A stretch of DNA of 64,000 bases from Octopus sinensis. Taxonomy: Eukaryota. The stretch covers positions 61,008,001-61,072,000 of the forward strand of contig NC_043010.1 in assembly GCF_006345805.1 (NCBI RefSeq), given 5' to 3'. Made by a program: the position numbers and the translations under genes. Positions 49,790 through 62,634 of the stretch are shown one piece after another; the stretch's first letter is position 1, and each line of letters begins with the position of its first letter. The notes beneath the pieces were generated by a model. The model saw only the letters and a list, made by a program, of their open reading frames with translations. It had not been told where the DNA came from and did not search any database.

Positions 49790-50725
49790 CAAACACCAAT
49801 CAATTGAACAATGGTGTAAAATAACAGTGCATAAAGAGAGAGACAGGTGTAGGTATGGCTAGAAGAACTGAAGTAATGAGCAATGGATGAGGATGATCGT
49901 GTTGCTAGGTGAGACATTCAAAAGGTGATCACTAAACTCATCTGTCAATTTTATTTCTGGTTGGTTCCTCCAATAGATAACAAACTACCAAATGATGCAA
50001 CTGATGATGATGATGATGATGACGATGCTGGCAAAATGGTTGGCAACATGGAGGAGTTAGGTCTGTATAGGGTGGTGATGATTTTGGGTGAAGGGGAAGG
50101 CAAAGGGTCCAGGTTAGGGTATGGAGTGAGATGCAAGGGTTAAGGAGCAGAGTGTTATGCAAATTATATTCACACCTGAAGAAAGGATAAAATGTACAGG
50201 TAAGTAATGGGAAATAGGAAGCAGAGTGAGCCTGGAGGAGAGAGATGTCACATGGGATGATGCATGAGGGAGGTGGGGCAGGTGAGAGAAAAAGGAAGGT
50301 GGTAGGGTAGAGGTATGAGGTAGGATGTTCAATAAACAAAGGGGTGGGGTCTTGAAGGCAGGAGGTGTCAATGGTTTGTTGAAAGAACTTGTGTTTGAAG
50401 CAGTAAATATTTGATTTGAATATCAAAGTGGAAGTCATGGTAAGACAGGTGGTGGAGGTGAGAGAATTGTAAGAGGAGGACAACAGATTTGGGATGAGTG
50501 GAGTGGGATGAGATGAAACAAAAGTAGGAGTGAGTGGGGGGGGGAGTCAGTCGGTTTGCAAAAGACAGAAGCAGAAAGGGTGGAGAAGTGAATGGAGATA
50601 CAGATGTTCATAAAGTTAACAGAAGGTGGAGGAGATGGGGATGGAGATATTAAGGGCAGAGTGGAAGGAATTGAACTGTTCATCGGTAAAAGAGGTGGCA
50701 CCAATACAGGCATCATTAGTCACCC
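49790..50725 (-). pseudogene. Decayed Penelope-like element ORF (RT + GIY-YIG endonuclease)
   Basis: Frameshifted motifs in order: NDACIGATS..NSFHSAL (YIDD..NxFHP), SVNFMNICISI..LSASVFCKPTDS (FLD..KPTD), FRCEYNLHNTL (FRRxxNL), LSIGGT..LTDEFSDHL (YIGET..RFxEH), SIAHYFSSSSH (VAxHF..H). Confidence 0.75.
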
Positions 50726-51015
50726 CCACCTTAATCCTAAACCCTTTATTAAACTGCCCATCTCTTTAATGTACCCCACTTAGTTGAAGGGGCTCTTATT
50801 TTTGCAGGCTGCATGGCAACCTCACTGGTGCTGGTGCCATGAAAAAAGCACTGTAAAATGTTTAGTATTAAGAAGGGCATCAAGCCATAGACACCATGCC
50901 AAAGCAGACGTGATGCAGTCTTCAGATCCACAGGGGTCCTATCAAACCATCCAACCCAGACTAGCATGGGACATGGACATTAAATGATGATGATGGTGTG
51001 TGTGAGTGTGTGTAA

Positions 51016-51049
<34 letters not shown>

Positions 51050-51518
51050 CATCATCGTTTAACATCCGTTTTCCATGCTAGCATGGGTTGGATGGTTCGA
51101 CCAGGGTCTGGGAAACCAGGAGGCTGCACCAGGCTCCAGTCTGATCTGGCAGTGTTTCTACAGCTGGATGCCCTTCCTAATGCCAACCATTCCGTGAGTA
51201 TAGTGGGTGCTTCATACATGCCATTGGCACAGGTGACAGGGGAGGCTGGCAACGACCACGATCAGTTGATGCTTTTTACATGCCACCGGCACGAAAGCCA
51301 GTCAAGGTGGCACTGGCATCGGCCACGTTCGGATGGTGCTTTTTACATGCCACTGGCACAGGAGCCAGAGGATGCTGGAAATGGCCACGATCGGATTGGT
51401 GTTTTTTACGTGCCACCGGCACGGAAACCAGTCAAGGTGGCACTGGCATCGGCCACGTTCGGATGGTGCTTCTTATGTGCGACCGGCACAGGTATCACAA
51501 CTACAATTTCTATTTGAT
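51050..51518 (-). mobile_element. RTE 3' end with ABAB internal array
   Basis: Same terminus and GGTGCTTTTTAC.TGCCAC units. Further copies at ~25950-26310(+), 54063-54290(-), 57290-57555(-) and 58690-59000(+). Confidence 0.85.
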
Positions 51519-51684
51519 TTATATATATATATATATATTTGAGTAGTTGAATGAATTATCTTATTAAGGATAATTCAAATTAACCGATACCTGGGTAGCA
51601 AATTCACATCAGAAAAAACACGGTTGAAGTTACGTGCCTAGGGCAGAGACTACGTGCTTCCGTGTGGAAATTTGTGTGTTTAAA

Positions 51685-51831
51685 GAAAGAATGGAGCTGA
51701 ACGACGAATTAACAAAATTCCTTTATTTTCGACATATGTTTCGAAGGTTGCATATTAGGAATATGCAGCCTTAGAAATATATGTCGAAAATAAAGGAATT
51801 TTGTTAATTCGTCGTTCAGCTCCATTCTTTC
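51685..51831. repeat. Near-perfect 147-bp palindrome centred on a hammerhead stem II
   Basis: GAAAGAATGGAGCTGAACGACG...GACATATGTTTCGAAGGTTGCATATT-AGG-AATATGCAGCCTTAGAAATATATGTC...CGTCGTTCAGCTCCATTCTTTC. Confidence 0.9.
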
Positions 51832-52369
51832 ATATATTTATATTTTTAAAATATATATATATATGTATATATGGTTATATATATATATATGTTTATATAT
51901 ATAGTTGTGTGTATATGTATATTCCTACATAATGAATGCACGCACACACACATGAATATATGTGTGTGTGTGTGTGTGTATAGTACCCAGTATACTCTGT
52001 GATGCGTATGGTGAGAGGAAGGACATCCAGCCGTAGAAAACAGACCCAAAATGACATGTAGCAGAGACTGTCTCCAAACACACCGATTCCCTGTAAGAAC
52101 TGAATGAGATCATAATGACCCAACCAAATATGTGCCAGCACGGGAAGCTGATGTAGCATAATGAGCATCACACACACACACACACGTGTTTGTAGATATT
52201 TTCGATTATGTAATTATAAGAATATATTTAATATATAACTTAGGTTTTGTCCATTATTGGCCCCAGGCAATGCATACCTTAATAGTACTGCCTGCAATAA
52301 TCTTTTGAGTCAAGTTTTAGAACACCAAAGCCCACAGAAATAAGATGTCACTGTTCACCAAAATGTATG

Positions 52370-52720
52370 TGAGTGTTTGTGGTCTGTCAGGTATTTCTAA
52401 GAGGAATTTGTCCAGGTATCACTTGAATATCATGGGGTCTTTTCCTTCCTTGATTTTCTTCTGAGTAATGCTGAGCAAAGCAGGACAAGTCAAAAGTAAG
52501 GAAGGTGGGTCACAACACTGTCGTATGATGTCACAGTGACTTCTGTAGAAGGTGAGGGGTTGGGCTCAGAGCGTTTGGTACAGAGGCCTCCTAGCCTTAG
52601 GGGACTTGTCAGCTCTATGTCAGCATTGTCTGGACAATGCTGATGGAATAATTTCCCCATTTTGTACAAATGATGAGTGTTGGTAGCAATGTTGGAGAGA
52701 CTTTCAGCTTTTGCAGGATG
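52370..52720 (-). mobile_element. Decayed CR1/L2-group LINE C-terminus
   Basis: ..IFK*YLDKFLLEIPDRPQTLTY resembles the FKxxLDxFLxxIPDxP terminus. Confidence 0.5.
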
Positions 52721-52778
52721 TCTCATTTACTTTTTTATATGATATGTGTGTGTATGTGTGTGTGCATGTGTGTGTGTG

Positions 52779-52832
<54 letters not shown>

Positions 52833-53004
52833 GTATGTATATATTTATATATGTATATGTATGTATGTATATATATATATATGTATGTATATAAATATAT
52901 ATATTACATATATATATATATACACATATATATATGTATATATATATATATGTACATACATGTATATATGTACGTATATATATATATACGTATATATACA
53001 TATA

Positions 53005-53051
<47 letters not shown>

Positions 53052-53641
53052 ATATACATACATATATATATATGTATATATATATATGTGTGTGTGTATA
53101 TATATAAGAGCATTGTAGTACCAAAGAAGGAAAAGAAAAGGGAAAATAATATATATATATATATACTATAGCACTCCTTCAGTTATGATGATGAGGGTTC
53201 CAGTTGATCCGATTAACGGAACAGCCTGCTCATGGAATTAACGTGCAAGTGGCTGAGCACTCCACAGACACATGTACCCTTAATATAGTTCTTGGGGAGA
53301 TTCAGCATGACACAGAGTGTGACAAAGCTGGCCCTTTGAAATACAGGTACAACAGAAACAGGAAGAAAGAGGGAGAGAAAGTTGTGGTGAAAGAGTACAG
53401 CAGGGTTCACCACCATCCCCTGCCAGATCAATAAATACTCACGCCTGGTCTGGGAATTGAAACTGCGATCCTATGACCACTGGGCCATTGCACCTCCACA
53501 CATATATATATATATATTTGCTTGACTAAATGCGGTGCTCCAGCATGACCACAGTCAAATGACTGAAACAAGTAAAAAACTAAGAGTATACACACACACA
53601 CATATATATATGTGTGTGTGTGTGTGTGCATGTGTGTATAT

Positions 53642-53830
53642 ACCAGCCATGCTTTCACTGCTATCTACACAGAAGAGTTTGTACCTCTCTTACTTACCCA
53701 TGAGGAGTTTTGTAGAGGCCCTGCCTCCATCTTACCTCTTGCACCCAGTACACACCCACATGCCCCTGCTCTAGCATTTCAACTGTCTCGCAAGACCAGT
53801 CTTCCATTGAGGCAACATTAATCATGGCAG
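53642..53830 (-). mobile_element. RTE LINE APE endonuclease N-terminal fossil
   Basis: INVASM..SCETVEMLEQ..V.V.WVQEVRWR..GK..RYKLF (NVG..QE.RW motif). Confidence 0.75.
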
Positions 53831-54733
53831 CCAAAAGGATGTGAACTTTGGAAGAGGGAGCGAGGGATATGGAGTATTGTTTTAAGTTTCTGAAAAGGTG
53901 TTTGCAAGCAATGGCCAAGGGGCAGTGAGTACTTGGACATGTCCTGTAAAACAGGAAATCATTCCTCAAAGAATTACAAACTTTTACTCAATCCAGCAAA
54001 CCTTCAAGAACATAGGGGAGAGGAACAGTGATGGTAAGGGTATGTGTGCACATGCCTCATGTTCATCATCATCATCATCGTTTAACGTCCGCTTTCCATG
54101 CTGGCATGGGTTGGACGGTTCGACCGGGGTCTGGGAAGCCAGGAGGCTGCACCAGACTCCAGTCTGATCTGGCAGAGTTTCTACAGCTGGATGCCCTTCC
54201 TAACGCCAACCACTCCGCGAGTGTAGTGGGTGCTTTTTACGTGCCACCTGCACAGGTGCCAGGGGAGTCCGGCATCGGTCACAATCGGTTGTATATGTGG
54301 AGGATCAATGGCCCAGTAGTGAGGGTAGTGGACTTGCAGTTGTAGGATCGCAATTTCAATTCCCAGACCAAGCATTGTGAGTGTTTATTGAGCAAAAACA
54401 TCTAAAGCTCCACGAGGCTCCGGCAGGGGGTGGCGGCGAACCCTGCTGTATTCTTTCACTACAACTTTCTCTCACTCTTTCTGTTGTACCTGTATTTCAA
54501 AGGGCAAGCTTTGTCACACTCTGTGTCAACGTTGAATCTCCCCAAGAACTACATTAAGGGTACATGTGTCTGTGGAGTGCTCAGGCCACTTGCACGTTAA
54601 TTTCACAAGCAGGCTATTCTGTTAATCGGATCAACTGGAACCCTCATCATCATAACCGACGGAGTGCCACGATACATGTATATGGACATATATGGTGGTG
54701 GTGGTGGTGGTGGTAGTAGTAGTAGTAGTAGTA

Positions 54734-54765
<32 letters not shown>

Positions 54766-55157
54766 ATAGTAGTAGTATGGAGATGAGTTGTAACAGTGCA
54801 TTGCTGCACTCCCCATTTGTTGGTGATTCCCTACACCTGGAGGACAACACCTTTGCACCACTCAGGTAACAACCCTGCAACCTAAGGGTCTGTTTCAAGC
54901 ATTCATTGCTGGTGAAGGTTTTATGAGGTTGGAGTGCAAATCCTACCTCAACTTCTTTGGTTGCCTGATACAACACACAGGTTCTGTTCCTTGGCATGCT
55001 GACCCACCACACTGCATTAGAGCAACATGAAATGTCATGTTTTTTGTTAAGAATACAACATGATGCCCACTCTGGGAATCAAACCCGTGATCTGTGGATC
55101 ACGAGTGCAACATCCTAGCCACTAGGCCATATATATATGCATCTTCATGTAGACACA

Positions 55158-55554
55158 TCTTTATATATAAAAGAGAGGTTGTGTGTCTGTCTCCTACGAT
55201 TTAGATTCCTAACTACTCCCACATTTTGCGGTGCAGTTTAACCAAATCCGGGTATCTTATAGTCGTGATTCATATCGAGCCCTTCTGGGTATTAGCGCAC
55301 GTCTACGATGAGTCTACGATTTAAAAAAAAATTTACCATCATTTTTTCCCATTTTAATGCATTTTTTCACTATTATATAAGGGAAGTAACTCTCTAAAAA
55401 TGTCTACGATGAGTCAACGATTTAAAAAAAATTTACTATCATTTTTTTCCCATTTATAATGCATTTTTTTGCTATTTTTTGGCTATAACTCTCTAAAAAT
55501 GCTTATATAGTTATTTCCCTTACAAACCCGAACAACGCCGGGCGATACTGCTAG
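55158..55554 (+). mobile_element. Non-autonomous Helitron
   Basis: A|TCTTTATATATAAAA start, CCCG-AACAACGC-CGGG hairpin (55527-55542), CTAG|T end, no TSD. Internal ~100-bp tandem duplication. Confidence 0.88.
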
Positions 55555-55591
55555 TCACTAATAAAAACCTGCACACACACATATATATAAA

Positions 55592-56575
55592 CAAGGTGTG
55601 ATGAGTAAATTGTCGCTATTTTATATTTTTAATTTTGTGCATGCACATTGTTTGTTTTTGATTTTGTCGATGGCACAGTATAGTGGGGTCAGTTGGGTAC
55701 CGTCTGTGAGAAAAACAGCACCATGACACAATTCACTCAGCTAGAAATTTGGAAATGATATGCTGTACTGCTTAGCATTTGTGCCAGAAGCACCAACTAT
55801 GAAGATTTCAGAGTATCTGGGTGTCTAGCTGAAGACAATGCAATCTGAAGAGATGTGCCAAGAGTGATAAAAATCAAACAACCAGTCAACATCATGGTGT
55901 TTGGAGTGATCACTAGTGATAGTGAGATTATACTTCCAAGAGGGCGGCTGCTGGAAGACCCTATGCCTAGCAACAGGACTCTGCACCATGCCACACAAGC
56001 AGAACCCAGTCATGGCTGTCAGACAATTTCTGTAACCACACCACATGATCTCAGACTCAACATGGAGACCTACATCAAGTGCCTAGTGGAGGTAGTGCTG
56101 CCCTGGGTCAAGAGGGCGGCTGCTGGAAGACCCTATGCCTAGCAACAGGACTCTGCACCATGCCACACAAGCAGAACCCAGTCATGGCTGTCAGACAATT
56201 TCTGTAACCACACCACCCCACCCCCTAACATCTGGCCACCTAACTCCCCAGACTGCAACTCCCTTGATTATTATGTGTGGGGGTGCAGTTGAGCAAGAGA
56301 CCAACAAAACTCCTTGTAACATCAAAGATGAACTGAAGGCAAGGATTATGGCAGCATTCACCAACTTAAAAAAGGAGACCATTCAGAAGAGCTGCAGGAG
56401 ATTCCAAAGTCATCTTGAGGCCATGGTTGAAGCCAATGGCAATTTTATTGAATAAATTTACTCTTTAGTATTCAAGATACTCTAATGTAATTTTGGTAAA
56501 TATATCTGTTAAAACGAGATGTTAGTGTTATTTTCATTTTTGTGTAATTTAGACGACAATATATTCACCACATCA
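55592..56575 (+). mobile_element. Internally deleted Tc1/mariner-superfamily (maT/DD37D-like) transposon
   Basis: Imperfect TIRs GGTGTGATGAGTAAATTGTCG / CGACAATATATTCACCACATC. Motifs KQPVNIMVFGVI, QQDSAPCHT and WPPNSPDCNSLDYYVWG. Confidence 0.85.
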
Positions 56576-56952
56576 TATATATGTAGGTGCAGGTGTGGCT
56601 GTGTGGTAAGAAACTTACTTCCCAACCACATGTTTCTGGGTTCAGTCCCATTGTGTCTTTTACTATAGCCTCAGGCTGAGCAAAGCCTAGTGAATGGAGG
56701 TGGTAAATGGAAAGTGAAAGAAGCCCGTCATATATGTGTGTGTGTGTGTGTAAGTATACATACATATATATATATATATATATAATATATATATATATTC
56801 CTCACTGGAATATATGTGTGTATGTGTGAGTGTGTGTGTACAAAAGAGGCCTTCCCTACAATTCATCTTCTAACACCACAAACTACATGGTTAGTAAGTG
56901 AACTTCTTAACCACACAAACACAATATATGTTGATTATATATATATATATAT

Positions 56953-57150
56953 ATACTAAGCAATAAGGGTTTAGCAACGAGTTGCCTTACCACATACCGA
57001 ATTTAGAAATAGCAGTCAAAGGGTTATAGCTATTTCTTCTACTAAAAAGTAGAAGAAATAGTAGAAGAAATAGCTATAACCCTTTGACTGCTATTTCTAA
57101 ATTCGGTATGTGGTAAGGCAACTCGTTGCTAAACCCTTATTGCTTAGTAT
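56953..57150. repeat. Perfect 92-bp inverted repeat with 14-bp spacer, inside a (TA)n-flanked insert
   Basis: 56953-57044 is the reverse complement of 57059-57150. Confidence 0.92.
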
Positions 57151-57254
57151 TACTTAAATTTTCCTCGAATGAGGCTTTTACATGCCGAAGACTACTTGGT
57201 GTAATTGATAATTTTTCCAAATTAATTAATTTCACCCTTCATTATTACGGATAA

Positions 57255-57287
<33 letters not shown>

Positions 57288-57786
57288 CATTTTTTTTAAT
57301 GTCCGTGTTTTCCGTGCTAGCATAGGTTGGATGGTTCGACCGGGGTCTGCAAAGCCAGGGGGCTGCACCAGGCTCCAGTCTGATCTGGCAATGTTTCTAC
57401 AGCTGGACGCCCTTCCTAATGCCAACCACTCTGTGAGTGTAGTGGGTTTTTTTTTATGTGCCACCAGCACATGGGCCAGAGGAGGCTGGCATCGTCCACA
57501 ATTGGTTGGTGCTTTTTACATGCCACCAGCACGGATGCCAATCAAGGCAGCACTACAGATATATATATAAAGTTCTTTTAATGGTACTTAAACTGAGATT
57601 TTGTTTTGTGACAAGTCTTATACTACTGTAATCTTCAGCCAACAACAACAACACACACACACACACTTAATGACAGCAACACCTTCTGAAAATAAGAGAT
57701 GGTCCAACTCATGCCACCGTGCAAGAAGGGCATCAAAAGATGATCCTCATCGGCATGATGTAACATATGTTTATAATATTATACAA

Positions 57787-58688
57787 TACACAGAGTATTG
57801 GGGCTAAATTAGAAAATATTTTATATCTCCTTTTTTTCAGGAAAAGATTGATGTATTTGGTGAGCAGTCAATGGTGTTGGAGAGCATAAAGATTAAAGCT
57901 GTAGCTGAGTAAAAGGTAGCTGACATGAAGGACTAGGAGCCATCTGAATATTGGGAAAGAGTGACCTGTATCAAGATGATGATTCACACTTGATACGAAA
58001 GTGCTGATGTCATGACTGGTGCTCAATGTTCTATGAAGGCTGTGAGACGTGAGGTGGACACCTGCAATGAAGACTACAAAGCTGTGGCCAGTAGGAAAGG
58101 ACACAGCAGGGCTTCTGTGTCCACATGCTGGAATTCATCCTCACATCTTTGAATAGGGCCTTAGGCTCAATTGAAAGGGTTATCTGAAGCTGCTGGAAAC
58201 AGTCGTCAAACCGTGGCAAGAGAACCTTGCTGCTTGAATGCCACATGTGTGGCAGTAGGGTTCAATTCCTTGCCATACTTTCAGAAAGAGTCAGAAATGG
58301 CATTTGGAGAATTTCTACAATTCCACCAGACCCAATTTCAAGCTTCTGAATTCTTCTCAATTATAATCCCATGGATTACTATGTGTGGAGCATGGTTCAG
58401 AAAGATACTGGCCGCTCAGCCTGTAGCACTAAGGCCAAGCTTGTGGTCAAGATCAAGGAGATGTTTGAAGATCTTCCAAGGGACACAGTGAGGAAACCAT
58501 GCACCAGGTTCTGAAGCCATGGCAGAAGGTGAGGGCAGCTACTTTGTGTAAACTGTTATCTCCCAGCCATAATCTAGTTTTGATATTCTTTGAAAATTCT
58601 TTTTATCATGTTTTTACTTTTAGATAAAATATTGTGTTTTCTATTCCTTTTGTGCAAACTGTGAAATTTAGCCTAAACAGCCTTGTAC
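57787..58688 (+). mobile_element. Decayed Tc1/maT-like transposon, same family as 45770-46516
   Basis: Shares GAGCCATC.GAATATTGGG.AAGAGT.ACCTGTATCA and CCTTGCCATAC..GAAAGAGTCAGAA blocks. TIR-like GGCTAAATT / AATTTAGCC ends. Confidence 0.7.
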
Positions 58689-59410
58689 TGGTGGCACGTA
58701 AAGAGAACCATCCAAACGTGGCCGATACCAGTGCCACGTTGACTGGCTTCCGTGCTGGTGGCATGTAAAATGCACCAACCGATCGTGGCCATTGCCAGCC
58801 TCCCCTGGCACCTGTGCCAGTGGCACGTAAGAAGCACCCACTACACTCATGGAGTGGTTGGCGTTAAGAAGGACACACAGCTGTAGAAACACTGCCAGAT
58901 CAGACTGGAGCCTGGTGCAGCCTCCTGGCTTCCCAGACCTCAGTTGAACTGTCCAACCCATGCTAGCATGGAAAACGGATGTTAAACGATGATGATGATG
59001 ATTATATGTATGTAAAACTCCCAGCTAACTCACCCTGTCCAATCCCCTGTATCAATCCACTAACATTCACCTCCTTCTATGTTAAGGGTAAGTCCAGGCA
59101 TATCCAGACTATTTTCTCTCTCTCTCTCTCTCTCTCATTCTCTCTGACACCTGTTTCTGTCCTATCATAGTCTAGCCTGTCATCACCTGCACACTGACAC
59201 CCACCCCAATATCACTCCCTCTCTCTCTCTCAGCTGAGGAGTCCTTGCCTTGTAAGGTATTTGGTGACCTCACCAGCACTGGGTGCCATATAAAAAAAAA
59301 CACTCAGCACAAAGCTGACTATAAAACTTGGTGCAGTCCTCTGGCCTGACAGTTCCTAACAAACTGTCCAACCCATGCCAGTGTGGAAAACGGACGTTAA
59401 ACTTTGATGA

Positions 59411-59419
<9 letters not shown>

Positions 59420-59442
<23 letters not shown>

Positions 59443-59621
59443 ACTACATAAATATATACATATATATATATATGTATGTATGTATACTACATAAATATAT
59501 ACATATATATATATATGTATGTATGTATACTACATAATATATACATATATATATATGTATGTATGTATACTACATAAATATATACATATATATATATATG
59601 TATGTATGTATACTACATAAA

Positions 59622-59640
<19 letters not shown>
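59420..59640. repeat. ~38-bp TA-derived minisatellite (..GTATGTATGTATACTACATAAATATATACA..) x5
   Basis: Read directly. Confidence 0.85.
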
Positions 59641-59667
<27 letters not shown>

Positions 59668-59837
59668 TTATATACATATTTACATATGTATACGTACATA
59701 AGTACATATACATACACACACATAAATATGGTTACCTCTATGATATACATTACATATATGTGTTGTATTATATAAAATACATTGGATATATTGTTATAAA
59801 TGTAATATATTTCATATATGATATATGTAATATCATG

Positions 59838-59881
<44 letters not shown>

Positions 59882-59951
59882 TATAAACATATATGTATAT
59901 AAGCATATATATAAAATGGATATCATATACATACTGATAACTTATACATGC

Positions 59952-59993
<42 letters not shown>

Positions 59994-61489
59994 AACGTAT
60001 GTTGAATCCCTTATTACAAGTGCAAACGATGAGTATTTAAATCTTTTTCTTTCTTTTTTCATCATTATAGACACATACACATGAGAGCATTTAATATCAG
60101 ATACACAAACACTGCAATGTAGTGCTGACATATGCATGAAATATCTTACATTCACATATACATACAGTGGTTGTATCAACACATTATACTTACAAACACA
60201 CACATATACACACACTCACACACATGTATGTATATACGTTTGTCATGCATTTAATATACATATATATATATATATATTTTCACATCTGCGGATGTATAAT
60301 GCCTGAGAACAATTATAAAGTGATTTAAAGGCCTGTTTCTGTCTAGGTGTGTCGTGTTACTATGTGTATACATATTTGTATGTGTATATGTACATGTGTA
60401 TGTATACATGTGTTTGAGTAATATTAGCATGTGTTTATTATTGTTGTTGTTGTTGTTATTTGGCCTTCGGCCAACAGCTTATCAAAACCGTTCCAGGAGT
60501 GAAAATGCACTATTATTTCCAGGTTAATATACACACAGGATTTATATTATCCCATTATTCTGCATCTGTCCGTCCTTACTTAAGGCTGCAGGTTGTGATT
60601 TTGACGGGCCTTTAGCTGCTATTTCTGTCGATCGCACGACCACATAGGGGACAGACAGTGGTTAGACGAAGAGTGTGTGTGAACTGGTGAAGAGTTTAGC
60701 TGTAGGGGTACTTTATAGAGGAGCAGAGGAGCGAGAATTTGCAGACAGGACAGGCCACTGGGACTATTACAAGCTGGAATTGACGTGTAAATTGATAACA
60801 TCACACACACACACACACATACATACATACACATATATTTACACACAGACATTAGACGTACATCGTTTACATATGTGTGTGTAACACGTAAATATTCGTA
60901 CATATAGACGTTTTTTTAGATCACACACACACACACACACATATATAATATATACACACAGACACACACTGAGATTACACATGTATATGTGTATACTGAT
61001 AGCGGGAGACGGCGGGTGGCGGGAGTGAGGGGTGTGCGTCTGACTGTGAGAGGTGGGAGGGGAGGAGCAAGGGTCAGTGTGAAGTACACATGACACAACA
61101 TACACACACACATACATATACACATACATACATATACACATACATAACACAATCGCGCACAGATTGAACTAAAAACAAGAAGAAGAAAAAAAACAAATAC
61201 ATTGAAGATAACAAAACGACACAGACACAACACAACATAATATATATATATACATACATATATATATATATATATATATGTACACACACAAATAGAAACA
61301 TAGATATACAATACATATATATATATATACACACATTCATAGAGGGAGGCCCGACACAGACACACACTCATAAACACAGTGACACATACACTCACACTTG
61401 CAGCACCACACACTGTGACACACACATACAGAGCCCCGCCACACACATCCACAGCACACACATTATACTAAGTGGAAAAGCTTGCTTAC

Positions 61490-61793
61490 CCACACGTCTC
61501 TAAAACAGAAGTGTCCCTGGTGGTTCCCCGCCTCCAACTTGGCACCTTTCACTGACAAGGCCACCCCACCACTCTACTCACACAGCACTCCGAGGTCGGC
61601 CAGCTTATTCAGGAGCAATTCTCAGCAAGTCTCCATGTCATCTCCACACACACTCTCTCTCTCTCTCTCTCTCACAGACAGCAGACACACACACACTCAC
61701 ACACTCTCATACATCTCCACAGACGGCTGCTGTGTGTCCGTCTTCCATCTCTAAAGTGCTTTGTACGTCTTCTCTGGAGATCTTAAGATAAAC
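61490..61793 (-). other. Candidate non-coding exon
   Basis: Long pyrimidine-rich tract followed by CAG| acceptor at 61794, and GG|GTAAGC donor at 61489. Relatively GC-rich, non-TE-like sequence. Confidence 0.35.
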
Positions 61794-62602
61794 CTGGCGG
61801 CGGCGGCGGCGGAGACGACGGCGGCGGAGGCGATGAAGAAGCAGGAGGAGGAGGAGGAGACGGTAGATAGGCAGATAGAGACAGAGTAATAGTTAGAGAT
61901 GGAGAGAGACAGACAAACAGACAGAGAAGTAGATAGACATATAGATAGATAGAGACCGTAAAAGAAGGGGGAGGAAGGTGAATAGGAGAAAGTTAGATAA
62001 TAAAGAGGGGAAGGGGGAGATAGAGAGAGAGATAGAAAGAAGTAGAGACGGTGAAGGAACGGGGAGGAATGTGAAGAAGAGAAAGTTAGATAAGAGAGAG
62101 ATAAAGAGAGGAAGGGAGAGATAGAGAAAGATAGACACGTAGTGGTGGTGAGGGGGTGTAGGTATGTGGAGGAGAGGAAGTCAGATAATAGAGAGATAAA
62201 GAGGGGAGGGAGAGATCTGTATGGAAGTCGAAGCTATATATATGTGTATATATATATGTATATATATATGTATATATACACACACACACACAGATGTACA
62301 TAAATCGAACCAAAAGAGCCTCTACGTGGTCGACCGACCTGTTAGAAACTGCAGCCAAATCTCCCTCAATCAACCCCTACCCCATTGCCTTAACCAAGAA
62401 TGGACATATTAGATAATGTATAGTTCCAATTGCCCTCCCACCAAAGAAAAAATGACGGGATGGTCGTGGTTGGAATAGCTTTGATCATAGACTTACTGGA
62501 TCGGGGTGACCTGGGGCTAAAAAAAAACTATACATGTGTGTGTATGTGCATGTGTGCATGCTATAGAAGAGGAGGAGGAGGAGGAGAGGGACGACTGACA
62601 GG

Positions 62603-62634
<32 letters not shown>

